Shown here: positions 27,955 to 41,710 of the stretch, piece by piece
How the letters are laid out: the number at the start of each line of letters is the position of its first letter
Position numbering within the stretch: the stretch's first letter is position 1
Program-made: the position numbers and the translations under genes
Notes under the pieces: generated by a model
What the model was told of the DNA's origin: nothing
Seen by the model: the letters and a program-made list of their open reading frames with translations, nothing else
The model's database searches: none
NCBI GenBank assembly: GCA_964016885.1
Contig: OZ024746.1
Span: 42,036,001 to 42,100,000, forward strand
Reading direction: 5' to 3'
Source: Eledone cirrhosa
Lineage: Eukaryota
DNA: 64,000 nt

Positions 27955-28469
27955 ACACACACTTACATCTCTCTAAGACAATGCCACTGGACCGAGATCT
28001 TTGGCGCTCCGCAGTAATACAGAAGACCCGCCTTGCCTATGTACAAAGCAAAACCTACAGCCAGTAGGCACCTCTTAACCAAATATACACCCCCAATCCA
28101 CTACCCCTACCCTATCCTCCCACTCCCACTAACACCACCCTCATTCTGTAAAGTTGGTACCGCAACATCCAGTCCAAATAAATAAGATAATGAGATAGAG
28201 ATCGAGATCGTGTAGGTGTCATGACAAAAAACACACACAGTCCACGCTGTAATGTGGTCGTGTAGGTAACACGGTAAAAAGTTCCCAGTTGCACACTGTA
28301 AATGTGGTTGGTGTTAGGAAGGGCATCCAGCCGTAGAAAACCTGCCAGATAGTCCTATATGAGCGAGACACGGTCACCCGCCAACCTTGCCTCAAGTGGG
28401 ACAACTCCCGTCTAACCCATGCTAGCGTATAAAATGGACGTTAAACGAAGATGATGATGATGATGATGA
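27955..28469 (+). mobile_element. RTE-A extreme 3' end nested in PLE-2
   Basis: HLHLSKTMPLDRDLWRSAVIQKTRL, 3' UTR matching 11280-11760, GGACGTTAAACG(A)AGATGATG tail. Confidence 0.85.
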
Positions 28470-28547
28470 AACAAAACCGTAAAATAAATATACAATAAAT
28501 ATACAATATACAATAAAATAACAATATAGTATTCACTCAAATATATA

Positions 28548-28768
28548 TATAATATTTCGTTTCTGAATTTGTCACAGAGTGTGTGACGAAAGGACTATGA
28601 CTATATATAAACAACTATCTGGTTGGGGAACCAACCAACCAACCAGAAATGTATAAGTTTGTAAATTTGTAAATTTATAAATTTATAAATATATAATAAA
28701 TTGAAGTGAAAGCAACTGGTGCGTGTGTTTCTTATTGGCAACATGACCCTCCCAAAGTATAACAATAT
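28548..28768 (+). mobile_element. Family F1 remnant with partial hammerhead (stems II and III only)
   Basis: GTCACA-gagtg-TGTGAC-GAAA-GGACTA-TGAC and similarity to 4553-4738; begins with an inverted copy of the F1 terminus. Confidence 0.7.
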
Positions 28769-28794
28769 ATATATAATAGATATATGATAAAATA

Positions 28795-28975
28795 ATTGTT
28801 TCTACTTTTGGCATAAGGCCAGCAATTACCCAGTGCATTACTGGTACTTTATTCTATCGACCCCGGAAGGATGAAAGGCAAAGTTAACCTCGGCGGGATT
28901 TGAACTCAGATCATACAGGGAGGTAACTCTATGCTTCAAAGCATGGCATCTGACCCTCTACCGATACTGCCAATC
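28795..28975 (-). mobile_element. SINE family 1 nested in the PLE-2 left arm
   Basis: Unit match; absent from the right arm at about 31060. Confidence 0.9.
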
Positions 28976-29482
28976 TACATAATAAAATGAATATATAATC
29001 CATCGTACACATTCCTGAGATGTACACATATATATATATATATAAATATATATATAGACCTATATATACATATATACACACACATATACATACACACCCA
29101 TACTCATACATAGCTATACATATATATACATACACCCACATATGTACACACATGTACATGCATGCACACACACACATATATAAACTCACGCACATACGTA
29201 CACATGCACACATACACCCCCCCCCCCCACACACACACACACGTATATATATACATACACACACACATACATATACATACGCACAGGTCTACACATAAAC
29301 ACACATATAAAAACAATATGATAATAAAATAAATTTACAATATGTTAAAATACATAAAAATCTGTATATAACTTCACAAAGAGATAAATAAGAAAGGGGG
29401 AGGTAAAGGAGAAGGTACGTGTATTCATATGATATACAACACACAGGTAGTATGAGGTGCTAACTTAGGTCCGTGTATGGAA

Positions 29483-30030
29483 CGAGAGGGCCATAACAGA
29501 TCGATGCCCAGACATCAGATGCGAAAGAACTGACAACAGAACTTGTAACTGCAGAGCGGGCACCCAGTGCCCCCTACAGGGAATATGCCTGACGAAGGAC
29601 CTGATATACAAGTGTGTGGTTAGATCCCAAAATGTGCATCGCACCTACATCGGCGCAACATCCACGACCTTTAAATCGCTGATGTATAATCACACAAATT
29701 CCTTCAGAGACCGTAGCAAAAGGCACTCCACTAGGTTAGTGGACCTGGTGTGGGACTTGAAAGACCAAGGCACTACGTACGCCCTGGAATGGAGTATCGT
29801 TCGGCATGCGAGGGCATACTCAACTGGAAGTAGAAAGTGCCGATGATGCCTACACGAGGCCATGGAGATAGTAAGACTAAAAGATGATGCGGTCAACCTG
29901 AAGTCTGAAATTATCATGACCTGCAGACACCAGAGAAGATGCACATTTGCAGCATGGAATCCGCCGGATAGCACAGGCCAAGGGCATGAGACGGAGTACG
30001 CACAGACCCGAGCAGCCCAACGGGATTAAG
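29483..30030 (+). pseudogene. PLE-2 GIY-YIG endonuclease region with one in-frame stop
   Basis: TCNCRAGTQCPLQGICLTKDLIYKC..TYIGATSTTFK..NHTNSF..VWDLKD..WSIV..KCR*CLHE..NLKSE..CRH. Confidence 0.88.
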
Positions 30031-30320
30031 GGACCTGACACCATACCCTGATAACATTATACACCCCGTGTAGCAAACCTAAATAAACTAAGGTGCACAA
30101 ATGGACCGCGCACGCAACATTGGGCAGGTACATCGCCTATGCCGTGACCGACTGACACTGAGTCCACGGTCGTTCAGTCAAATACCCCAAACATATAGAA
30201 CAGCACACCCCAACCACATGACATACCCCAAGCGCCCTCATGAATGTGTACCCCATCAATCGTGAATATATACTCTCCACATGTTCCACTTTAGAACAAT
30301 TATTATTATTGTTATTATAA

Positions 30321-30512
30321 GGGCGGTGGATTGGCAGTATCAGTAGAGAGTCGGACGCCATGCTTTCCAGCATAGTTACGTCCCTTTACGGTCTGAGTTC
30401 AAATCCCGCCGAGGTTAACTTTGCCTTTCATCCTTACGGGGTCGATAAAATAAAGTACCAGTAATGTACTGGGTAATTGCTGGCCTTGTGCCCAAAGTAG
30501 AAACAATTATTA
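30321..30512 (+). mobile_element. SINE family 1, full length
   Basis: GGGCGGTGGATTGGCAG start to (ATT)n tail, in an (ATT)n tract. Confidence 0.92.
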
Positions 30513-31137
30513 TTATTGTTATTATTGTTATTGTTGTTTGTTCCATACACGGACCTAAGTTAGCACCTCATACTACCTGTGTGTTGTATATCATATGAAT
30601 ACACGTACCTTCTCCTTTACCTCCCCCTTTTTTATTTATCTCTTTGTGAAGTTATATACAGATTTTTATGTATTTTAACATATTGTAAATCTATTTTATT
30701 TTATTATCTTATTGTTTTTATATGTGTGTTTATGTGTAGACCTGTGCATATGTATGTGTGTGTGTGTATGTAGAGAGATATATATACGTGTGTGTGTGTG
30801 TGTGGTGGGGGGGGGGGTATGTGTACATGTGTACATATATGCGTGAGTTTATATGTGTGTGCATGCATGTACATGTGTGTACATATGTGGATGTGTGTAT
30901 ATATATGTATATATATATATATAGCTATGTATGAGTATGGGTGTGTATGTATGTATGTGTGTGTGTATATATGTATATATAGGGCTATATATATATTTAT
31001 ATATATATATATGTGTACGTCTCACAGGAATGTGTACGGATGGATTATATATTATTTTATGTATTATTTTATCATATATCTATTATAAATATATATATAT
31101 ATATATATATATACCACAGACCCTCCATCTCAACTCT

Positions 31138-31175
31138 ACTTTTGAAAAGCAGAAGAACTGTGAAACCGGTAAAGG
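31138..31175 (+). ncRNA. U3-A8 variant hammerhead in a family F2 fragment (31112-31318)
   Basis: ACTT-TTGAAAA-GCAG-aagaa-CTGT-GAAA-CCGG-TA-AAGG. Confidence 0.65.
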
Positions 31176-32411
31176 AACCAAATAAATATATATATTTTTT
31201 TTAAAATAAGACTACAGTTGCATTTTCGATTTCATCTTTTTTTCTTTATACTTTCACTCGTGTAGGACACCTCGGTTGCTTTTCATTCTGTAAAAAAAAA
31301 AAAACCTCACTTTCTAATATATATATATATATATATTATATTGTATACTATATTGTTATTTTATTGTATATTGTATTTTTATTGTATATTGTATATTTAT
31401 TTTACGGTTTTGTTTATATATGTATATGTGTAAGCATGTGTGTGCATGCGGGTGTCCGTGTGCGTATGTATATATGTATATGTATATATATATGTGTATA
31501 TATATATATATGTGGGTATTTGTATGCATGTAGAGTTATATAAATGTGTGTATGTATGTATTTATGTGTATGTATGTGTATATTGTATGTGTATGTGTGT
31601 ATATATATATATATATATGTATATAAGGATATGTGTAGGTATGTGTGTGCGTATGTGCATGTTTCTGTGTACACATATAGACGTGTGTATAAGTATGTAT
31701 GTGTATGTGTGTATATACATGTATATATATATATATGTGTATACATATATGTATATGTGTATGTGTGTGTGCCTGCATGCGTGTGTATGTGTGTGTGTCT
31801 ATGTACACACACAAATATTACATGGTGTGTGTATCTGTCAGTGGGGGTGTGTGAGTGTGGGTGCGTACGTACACCCACATAGGACAGGGTTTGTCTATGT
31901 GTTTATATGCGGGTACATGTACTTGTGTGTAGATATATGTACAGGTGTGTGTATGTGTGTGTATGTGTGCTTATATCTTTGGAAGTGTGTCTGTCCTTGA
32001 TGCCTATCCATAAGGATATGTGTGTATTTATGTATGTGTCTGAGAGTGTTTGTGTATATATGTGCAGATGTGCCCGAACGCTGATATGCGTGTACATGTG
32101 AGTCTGCGCGTGTGTGCGCATATGCGTGCATGTGAGACCAGATGTAATTGGCTGTTTAGGCAGGCGCCAATAGGCATGTGGTGGTCTGTATGTGGGTGTG
32201 CTTGGGTATGTGTAAGAGAGGGAGAGTGCGTGTGTGTATATATGTGCATGGGGGTATATGTGTCTACACATGTGCGTACATATGTGTATGCATGCATGTG
32301 TGTGTGCCTGCGTCTGTGTGTGTGTATGTGTGTGTGTATATGTGGGTACATACTCGGGAGTGTGAACAGACGTGTGAAATACCAAACCCAGCATGGCTCC
32401 ATTGAAGTATG

Positions 32412-32680
32412 TCGGACGGAAAATGGCTGATGACCAGTGTAGCAGTAAATAGTGACCAGAATTTATGATGACGTAGAAAAACAACAGCCAATGGCATGAC
32501 AAGAGTGGAAGATGTTTTTTTAAGGTGTTTTTTGATAACACCCCAGTGAGAAAATTTGCTCCAAAAGAATTGCATGTGTCCTAGGAACCTGCAGCCGTAG
32601 AATCAGCCAGATCCATACAGTGATCATGTCTCGAGCTACCTCCGGCGAAACAATTGTAACACGCAATAAACCGAGTCCGG
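32412..32680 (+). ncRNA. Candidate hammerhead with about 213-nt stem II insertion (PLE-2 pseudo-LTR)
   Basis: CTGATGA at 32427 and GAAA-CAATTG-TA at 32647, joined by CC.G.GTAGC/GCTAC..CCGG; conserved at 26670-26910 (-) and 52140-52375 (+). Confidence 0.45.
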
Positions 32681-32780
32681 ATGCATCACTGATTTTTCGT
32701 TTTTTTATACTATATATATATATATATATACCGTCTAACCCATGCTAGCGTGGAAAATGGACGTTAAACAAAGATGATGA

Positions 32781-32826
<46 letters not shown>

Positions 32827-35284
32827 TGTTTTATGAATTGATCTCCTTTCTACAGATGTCCTTTTATTGTTCCATGAAAGGATTGAACTTCAAAATCATT
32901 ATGAAAATAACTGTTAAAATATATCTAATTATTGAATTATTGTGTGAAGTGTATTCAATTCTGGTTAGGGATATATATATACAGAAGACAACTCTTAAAA
33001 TATTTCTCATTCAAGAATTAATGTTAGCTTTAACATATTGCAAGAATGACAAAATTCAATGCTATAACTTTTTGTGCATATGCAAATGTTACTCAAAGAG
33101 AAGCTCAGATTGCTCTATTGGCTATTTTTAGTTACCAACCATGCACTATCAGCAAGAACTTTTAAATGTTCTGTTACTATTGCAGATTATCCTGTTTCAG
33201 TTTTTATTTTATTTTTATATATCTGATTAGATACCTAATAAAAAAAATATTTTGTTAACAATTTCCCTCAGAAAGATTCTTTAACTGATTGATATTGACT
33301 TATCTCTTGTTATCAGTGATATCAACTAAGTAAAGAGCTACAACTTTTATAGATAAATCAGAAGCTAAAGCCAATAAGATGAGAGTGAAAAGATAAAGAT
33401 ATTTTTCGAAAGCAATCTTATTCATGAATCAGAAATGTGAAATACAGTCTTAGTGATAAGAATACAAAACTTTAAGTTCTTTCTTCTTTTCAAGATTAAG
33501 ATTCTCAAGTTTATAACCAATACTAAAATCTACAATATAATTGCAATGGAATTGCATTGAATAAAATGTGGTAAATATATAAACAATACAATCCTCTCTT
33601 ATAACAATACATTAAGGATTTCCATTTTAGAAATATGAAGTAATGATTCTCTATTTTGTTTTTAATTTTTATAGTACAAAATCAATTTTTATCTTATCTC
33701 ATCTCAAGATTTTTAGGATGCTGTTTGTAGGTTACAGAATGTTTGAAATAAAAGTAACCTTAAAATCATTGTAGTGAAACCTAACTCATAGAAGATGCTT
33801 TGACTCTATCAAACTATTCTGGGGAAATATGAAGATCACGTTATTTTAATTTCTTAAAGAACCTTGTCTCAATTCCCAGGACTGCTTATCTTATTCTTTT
33901 AACACAACTGAAAAGAACATACATATTCCTAAACCTTTGTATATGTAAGGTTTTACCTTTATTTAAAGAGTCATTTGTTCTTATTCTATTTATCACACTA
34001 AATTCATGTAATTAAACGTTATGTGGTAAAATCTGGTAGCCAAAAACTATATGTGAGCTTGTTAGATAGCTTGTACTTGTTCCTAGGTTACTTACTCCAT
34101 ATCTCAGATTAACTATTTTATACTTGGCTGTCTTTAGTAGAGTCCATTATGTTCCAAGCTTTTGGACCAGACCATGCTTAAGGACAATCCATGAGCCATG
34201 GTTTCTACTTTTCATTATCCCACTAGTTTTGAAGACCCTTTAAAATGTCAGAGGCTTTATACTTTTTCCTATGACCAAATCATAAAAAAAGAATCTAAGC
34301 TCAAGATTTGTAACATTTGTTTAATCTAATCAATATATGTAAATAACAGAGTTGTCTTTAAATAAATATAAGACTTGAGCTGTTGAGCTGTCAGTTGTCT
34401 CTAAATAAATATATTTTGTGTGGTATTCTTGGTAGATGATATATGCTGAAACATTTTTTAAAAAGAATAAGTTTTGCTGAAGTTTATCAACATGTCAGTA
34501 ACATATGGCTAGACGATTGATCATAGTTCAGTATTTTATAAAAGTAGAAACTATAGCAATTCTTTTATATCTCATATACAGAATGCAAATAATGTCACTA
34601 AAGTTATTATATTGCTAAGATTCAAATAAAGTATTGGCTGTGTTGTTATTTTGCTCTAGATCAGCTCTGCTTAGCCAGATCTATAATCAAAGAGATTAAA
34701 GCCATAATTATCTCATCTTTTTTATTTCAGACACAATGAATTGAGGACTGCTTTATCTTATGTCTCCTTGCATTTTAAAGGTGGTTGAGTATCATGTGAT
34801 TTATGATATATTTAGCTGGTATTTCTTGAAGATCAAGAACTATGGTATATAAAGGTTCCTCTGTTATGTTTGCTCTATAGGAAATATATGAAATTCATTT
34901 ATTGTAAATGCATTGAAAAGAGCATAATTCATGAAATGTTTCATATGAATGTGATCTGATACATACTAATTATATACCACGAAGGTTAGAAAACAGCTAA
35001 GTAAATAGTTATCATAGGATCATGAGTATATGATTAAAGTAACAGGATATTATTATCTTAATGGAACCTGAAAAGAACAACTGTCTATCAGATATCAGTA
35101 TGAAATTATGCATAGCTTTGTAACCTGAGGGCTTGAGATTAGCATTAACACAAAAAGCAAATCTCTCTTTCATGGAAATTTGAAAGCTACATAACTTGTT
35201 TATTTGAAATCACAATTGATGAAAAGTAGTGTTGTTGGTTATAGGTTACTTATGAGCCTGACAATAACCAAAAAGTGTCTAAAC

Positions 35285-35592
35285 CAGTGGTTCCCAATCT
35301 TTTGTGCCTCCCCTCAACATCTGAAAAATTGTTCTCATTGCTGTTTTCATGTCAAAACATGAAAACAGCAATGATCAACTGCAAAGTGTAAACAAATTGG
35401 TGTATAAGTGGTGCTAAATGCACAATAACATATGGAGGAAGTGAGACAGGAATTTCTGTCAGTAATGTGCACCAATTTGTTTTGGTGTAAAAGTAATGAA
35501 ATAAAACCTGAGGTTTGTTCTCATTTTCAAATGGCCGCCTTAAATATTTATTGCCCCGCTGTGGAGTGTGCGTCCCACATTGGGAATCACTG
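35285..35592. mobile_element. hAT-superfamily MITE
   Basis: TIRs CAGTGGTTCCCAA / TTGGGAATCACTG; 8-bp TSD GTCTAAAC / GTCTATAC; internal 17-bp-arm palindrome at about 35337-35374. Confidence 0.85.
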
Positions 35593-35664
35593 GTCTATAC
35601 TGATGAAATAGCAACAACAGCATCTTATGTTTTTGATATGCCCAGCAATGACTATCTCCTTCCT

Positions 35665-35820
35665 CCTCATCATCATCACCGTTTTACGTCCGTTCTTCCA
35701 CGCTAGCATGGGTTAGACGGGTTGTCCTGTTGGCTGACCTTGTCTTGCTCATACGGGAACTGATTCTGGCTTGATTTCTACAGCTGGATGCCCTTCCTAA
35801 CACCAATCTCATTTACAGTC
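35665..35820 (-). mobile_element. RTE-related short element
   Basis: (CAT)n..ACGTCCGTTCTTCCACGCTAGCATGGG..GCTGGATGCCCTTCCTAACACC. Confidence 0.8.
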
Positions 35821-35839
35821 CTATCATCTCATTTCTACA

Positions 35840-35970
35840 GCTGAGTAAACTGGAGCAATGTGAAATAAAGTCTCTTGCTCAAGGAAACAACACATCACCC
35901 GGTCTGAGAATTGAACTCACAACCTTTCGATTGCAAGCCAAATACTCTAACCACTAAGCCATGTGCCCTC
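35840..35970 (-). mobile_element. Second tRNA-derived SINE family (head plus CORE/V-like segment)
   Basis: Minus strand TGGCTTAGTGG (A box), GAGTTCAATTC (B box), TCCTTGAGCAAG..CTTTATTTCAC; similar copy at about 44085-44190. Confidence 0.7.
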
Positions 35971-37619
35971 ATATTAAATTACACCAATACATATATAACT
36001 AGATATGTTTTTTTTCTGTGTATGAAGAGAGTAACAGAATGTTTTTGTACATTTGCTAGACATTAATATTAATTATTTAATTATTTATGACACTGGCAAA
36101 TGCCCATTATGCAAATTAGAATGACAACTTCAGTCAAGGTTTGGTTTATGTTTGATATAGATAGCATGTGACTACAAATTATCTTTGCAGACAGAATGAC
36201 AAGGGTGATTCTCCTCTGATAAACAGTTAGCTATCCATGAAACAGCAATATCTTATATATATATTTTTTAGGTATGAGGAAAGAGTCGATGTTTTTCACA
36301 TCCTTTTATGTTTTTGCAGTGAGGCAAAGACATACACATACTCGTACTTAGAAATTATTGGTCAACCCAAGGTTACAGTAGAAGACACTTGCCCAAAGTG
36401 TTGCATAATATAATTGCATCATCAACCACATGGTTGTGGATAAAACCTACCTATACAGCCATGCCACCACTAAAAATAATTCATTCAGTTTTAGTAATAA
36501 ATTTTTTTTTCTTTCTTCAAAGAGAAAATGTCCAGCTTCATTTCTCCTCAATTGTAGAATAAACTTTACTAATTTTATTCACCGTCTTTTTATTCTTTTT
36601 TTTTTTTTGACACAAACATCCACTAGTTCATCAGACTAGTATTTTTACCTTTGTTTCAAAGATCAATCGTTTAACAGACAGAGACACCATTCATAAGATA
36701 AATGAGAAAGAGAATATCATTATGAAATTAATGATGAATTTCTAAACTGATATACTCAGACTATGGCTATACATTCAGAGTTATAGGAGAACTTAATGAT
36801 TATATAATTCAAAATCAAACTTGAGATGCCCTGGTTTATATACAACTTATAGACTGAATTGATTCATGAAACTCTAGGACCTTTGTGCCAGATAGACTTT
36901 CTAAATATGCAAAAGTCTTTTAAAGTTTTGTTTCTAGATTACATAACTGTGTTCAAATCATTCTAGCATAGATATGTATCTTTGTGAATGATCCCATCTT
37001 TTATGAATAAAAGGAAAGTGAAAATATACTGATGGTCATAGTCACATAATATCATAGAAACATGCATCTTTAACCAGATTTCTATAATTCTGCTTTTACA
37101 AAAAAAAAACAACAAAAAAAAACAACAAACTATTAAATCACTTCAAAAGTAGAAACAATTATTTTCATAACAATTAGATAAATTGTTAGTTTCATCTGAA
37201 AGGTCAAGCCGGCATATAAATTGATGTATGATGCAAGATTGACATTTTGATTCATATTTTTTCAGAAGTTTATATCTCTCATATATATCAATTGTATGTG
37301 ATATGAAATTTAAGATACATTCTAAACCTTCATAACCTCAACTGAAGAAAGTTTCAGCCATAGTTAATATATGTTAATTAGAGAAAATTCTCTACTGATT
37401 TACTTATGTGAATTATTAAAAAGACTAATATTATTTTTAATTCACATAGACCTTATAATTTAAATTTATTATTTGTTTTCTTTTTCCTATTTGTGTGGTT
37501 GTTCTGTTTTTACATCAATTTAAGTAGGGTATGTTTAACTGTTCAGAAATGAAACAGACAAACACACAGACACATATGGTGCACGCATATACACATACAC
37601 ATACATGCTTACATACATA

Positions 37620-37855
37620 CAAGGAGGACAGCTACGGACCATTGGTGAGGCGTTTGCAGATTCAGTATCCAAGATAAACCTTGAGTTTCATACTCATTAT
37701 TATTGGAGCTACAGGTTATATACCAACCTGCTTGGACAAAAGTATGACTGAACTTGGATTTGTGGACAAAGAGCACAGCTCCCTAATTCCATGATATGTG
37801 GCATGATATGTGGCACCTTAAAAATTTGCAAAACATTCTTGCGATTCAAGGGATG
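37620..37855 (+). mobile_element. Relic C-terminus of a restriction-like-endonuclease (R2/R4/NeSL group) LINE
   Basis: KEDSYGPLVRRLQIQYP..IIIGATGYIPTCL..ELGF..GTLKICKTFLRF; related piece at about 8500-8605. Confidence 0.6.
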
Positions 37856-38499
37856 ACAAATTTTTTTCTTTTACAATCTTGCCACCAGGAAGGTGGCCAG
37901 TCAAAAATGTACTCAAAATTAAGAGAAAGAGAAACATCCTGGTTTTTAGAATAGGTACACTGTATGCCTACATGTCACAAGAGGTGACTAAAAGTATTGG
38001 TGTCTGGAAGGGCATCCAACTGTAAAACATTCTCAAAATATTCCATCCAACTCATTCTAGCATGGAAAAATGAATGTACAAACAATAATGATGATGATGA
38101 TGATTCAACCAGATACTTTTTCTATTAAACTAATAAAAACTATATTTTTTTATTTTTTACTATAGACACTGATAAAATTACATCTGAAATTGTTTATTAT
38201 TTTTGCTTTTTAAAGCAAGATGCTTACAATAATTGTTCTGCTTCATCTAGAACTGTCCAGGTGTTGGCAAATAATGTATATGAATAAAACTGACAGATTA
38301 AGTTTTCAAATTTAAAGAAATATGCATATATCTGTAAAACACGTAAGGTTTATATTAAAAGCAAAAGAGAGATTGATTTCTGTGGTATTTACTCTGAGAT
38401 TAGACTAAAAACAAGATGAAAGAATATAAAAATACTTGAATTTATAAAAACGAGTAGGAATATGTTTTTTGTCTGTTTTTCTCAGGAAATACTGTAATG

Positions 38500-39880
38500 A
38501 AACACGTCTGTAGTTTTTACATCCTTGTCTCTTTGTAAAATGTTCAAGAGTGAAAAAACAAACACAAAACACAAAAAGAATAAATAAATAACCAGAAAAG
38601 AAACCAGGAAACTAATCAAAGCAGTGGATTATCACAAAACCTTAAAGTAAGAAAAGGATATTTGATTATATTGGAGAATACTGAGAGATTTTCTTTATTA
38701 CTGCATGAATGAGTTTTTGATAGTGGCTACATTTCATGGAATAGAATATCTGTTTGGCAGAGCATAGGAAAAGATCATAGTGTTAGTAATAAAATAAAAT
38801 AAAAGATATTGACTGTTTGGGATTGGAATAAAAACTCCTTTGATATCTCAAATCAAGGAATTATGTAGTAGCTTTATAATGATGGATTTTCTCTGAATTT
38901 AAAAGAGTATCCACAACGTTGTTATTGTAAGCTCATGATTACAGCTATAAAATATACTTTTTGACTAGACATCTTATCTTAGAATGGCTTCAGTGAAGAT
39001 CACCAGAGATAAAAACAGTACTAAAGATTAATATTTCGGTATAGAGCACATAACAATAATAATAGAGTTGTTACTCCTAAGGTAGTAATAAATTTTGCTT
39101 TGCCATGTCTTGGGCTTTGAAATCCTGGTGGAGTTATAGGGGCACTCTTATAACATGGTTTGGGTATCTAAACACAGCAAAGTCCACCTCTCTTCAAAGA
39201 GAGAGAGGAGTTAAGAGAAATAGATAGTGGGGCGGGGGAGAATAACAGAAAAAGGAGAGAGAAGGTAATAGATAAGAAATGACCCCAGATTTTGACTGGC
39301 ATGTTATTTATCACTTCTAAAATGATAAAACGGAAAGTTGATATCAATGTTTTATCAGATGCTCTAATGATTCAGTTGATTCACTACCTATAAGTAATGT
39401 TATAACAGAGAAAATGTATAAGATATAGGATCTCCGTCATAAAAATCAGCAACAGTAAATTGGTAATCATGACATTAACTTTTTAAAAAGTCACAGCTTA
39501 TGAGTGACACAAGATATCTTGCTCTGAATTAGTTTCCTCAATTATTTTTTGGATGAAGAGATGTTATCCTAAAATGTAAGAACCATTAAACAAGTGCAAG
39601 GTAACATCCCAGCATCTTTGTTATCATTATATTTTTAACAATGAATGTCCCATTTGCATCATGGTAGCATTCTAATAGAACATTATCTTTATAAACAGTT
39701 CTTTTTTTTTTTTGTTTAAGGTGATGATAATCATAGCAGCTGAACATAATAATGCCATTAGTAACTAAAGCTGCATGGTCATAGCTATAGTTTAGAACAA
39801 CAATAACTAGCACATCATAAATAAGAATACCATAGCCAATATAGGATCAGAAATATTTGATGTTTTTGTTATCATTGCAG
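38500..39880 (-). pseudogene. Possible decayed class A GPCR-like relic
   Basis: Collinear TM1-like (VLVIVVL..LVTNGIIMF), ICL2/TM4-like (LKPF*DKMSSQKVYFIAVIM) and later hydrophobic frames. Confidence 0.3.
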
Positions 39881-41499
39881 TATCATTGCAGTAAACAGTA
39901 AAAGAAAAAAAGCAATTATTAAAATTCCAGATTTGTCTAATAATATATTTGATTGAAAATACTTTCATTTGATCAATACATTAAAAAGTACTCTTGAAAT
40001 GCTACTAGATTTTGAGCACTATACAAAAATATATTCAATACAAGTTATCAGAAATTTAAAGTAAAATTCAAAATTGTTTCTTTTCTTTGAAAGAAAAAAA
40101 AATGTATAAATATACAACCAATGCCTAGGAGCATTTGTTCATTAAACTAAAATAGCCAATCAGCTCTTAGTTACAGTTGTTTATTGAAAATTTATTCTAA
40201 ACACCCAATTATCTTGTTAGCTTTTATATCTGTTTATTCAAAAGGGAAGATTAAAGAGATTTCTCTGCCATATTTCTTGATGTAATTTCTTTTTGAAATT
40301 GGCATTACAAAATAATAGATTACAAGATATTAGAAATAGTGATCATATGCATTAGGTCATTTACTATAAATACCAAGCACTACCATAGTAATTTTTTTAT
40401 TTATTTTAAAAGAATATTCTATTTTCAGCATGTTGTATTTTGAAATATTCAACTCACAAATATAAGAGATTCAGTTCAATAGATTAGAGATAATTTTGAG
40501 CTATAACTGGCAATGAATACAATGCCTTCATTGGCCAGTTACACAGGAAGAATAAATGAAACCCAGCATACAGAGTTTTAGGTAACCTTTGTTATATCTT
40601 CTTGTATGTAACTTTTGTCACACTCACATACAGCATATATTACATACATGTACACACACATACATGATGAGCATGCTCATGTAGAAATGAATGTAAACAT
40701 CATAAGTGAGGTGTAATCAAATAAAAATGTATCCTGGTTTTTAGAATATCTACACTGTATCATAGATATGACTAAGTGAGTAAGCATCAGAAAGGACAAC
40801 TGACCATAAAAGGACTACTTCTAGGAGTCCTGTCTTAGCATGGACAGGTAGATAAAAAAAATAATGAAAAAATTATTTCAAAGCTTTTGTCAAATTGCAA
40901 GTTTTTTTTAACCCTAGGAGGTTTTTTTGTGTTGGTGTATGAAATGCTTCAATGTTGTATATGTTAAGGTTCTTAACTTTAAATTAACTGTGAATTTAAT
41001 ATATTGTTAGGATCGTTTCAAGAAGTAGGTTTCAAACATTAATCAATTTATATTAGCCATCAATAAAGAAAAAGCAATGAGTGATTTTCTCACTCTGCCT
41101 ATTCTACTGCTACGACAGTCATCAGAGTTCCTTGGAACTAGTTAGTCTTATGTCACTTCTAATGAGGCCCACCTAACATCCTGACATATTCGTCTCCTCA
41201 CCATCTATGATTTGCATTAGCCACTGTGCTTATACTTTTATCTCCAGAACATCAGCCATATGGAATTCTCACCAAGCCCATATTTTTCTAATCAACGTCA
41301 ACTTGCAGATGTTCATGAGAATAGAAAAATAAAACAATCATTTGCATCAACTTCCTTAATGTCAGAGGGTCTGTTGTGGTCACAGACCCAGCTCCTTCCT
41401 CCAGATCAAACCATTGAAAAATAAAGGATTGTATGTATTTTTCATGTTTCTGAATCCAGAAATTATTAGACAGAAACCAATCTTTTAATTATCTCTTAA

Positions 41500-41710
41500 A
41501 ATCATCATCATCATTATCATCGTTTAATGTCCATCTTCCACATTAGCATGGGTTAGACAGTTTTGTTCCATTTGATGCGGAATTGGTTTGGAGACTGTGT
41601 CTTGCTCATACGGAAGTGTCTCTGGCAGGTTTTCTACAGCTGGATACCCTTCCTAACACCAACCACATTTACAGTGTAGACTGGGAGCCTTTTTACTGTG
41701 TCTCCTACAA
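41500..41710 (-). mobile_element. RTE-related short element
   Basis: Same tail and GGAAGGG.ATCCAGC motif. Confidence 0.78.

Larger units (their letters stand above)
26535..32712 (+). mobile_element. Penelope-like element PLE-2: inverted long pseudo-LTR, 5'-truncated GIY-YIG region, long pseudo-LTR
   Basis: About 26620-29482 is the reverse complement of about 30537-32712 once nested insertions are removed; the spacer holds the endonuclease frame. Confidence 0.82.

Noticed and set aside
29844-29846. In-frame TGA in the PLE-2 endonuclease as selenocysteine (some Naiad PLEs are reported to encode Sec)
   Set aside because: It aligns with the Leu of CxLC (CNLC in PLE-1), not a Cys; a plain nonsense mutation is simpler.
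26830-32575. Many long H/T/Y/I/C/V-rich ORFs (also 51500-52700)
   Set aside because: Translations of (CA)/(TA)/(TG) low-complexity tracts.
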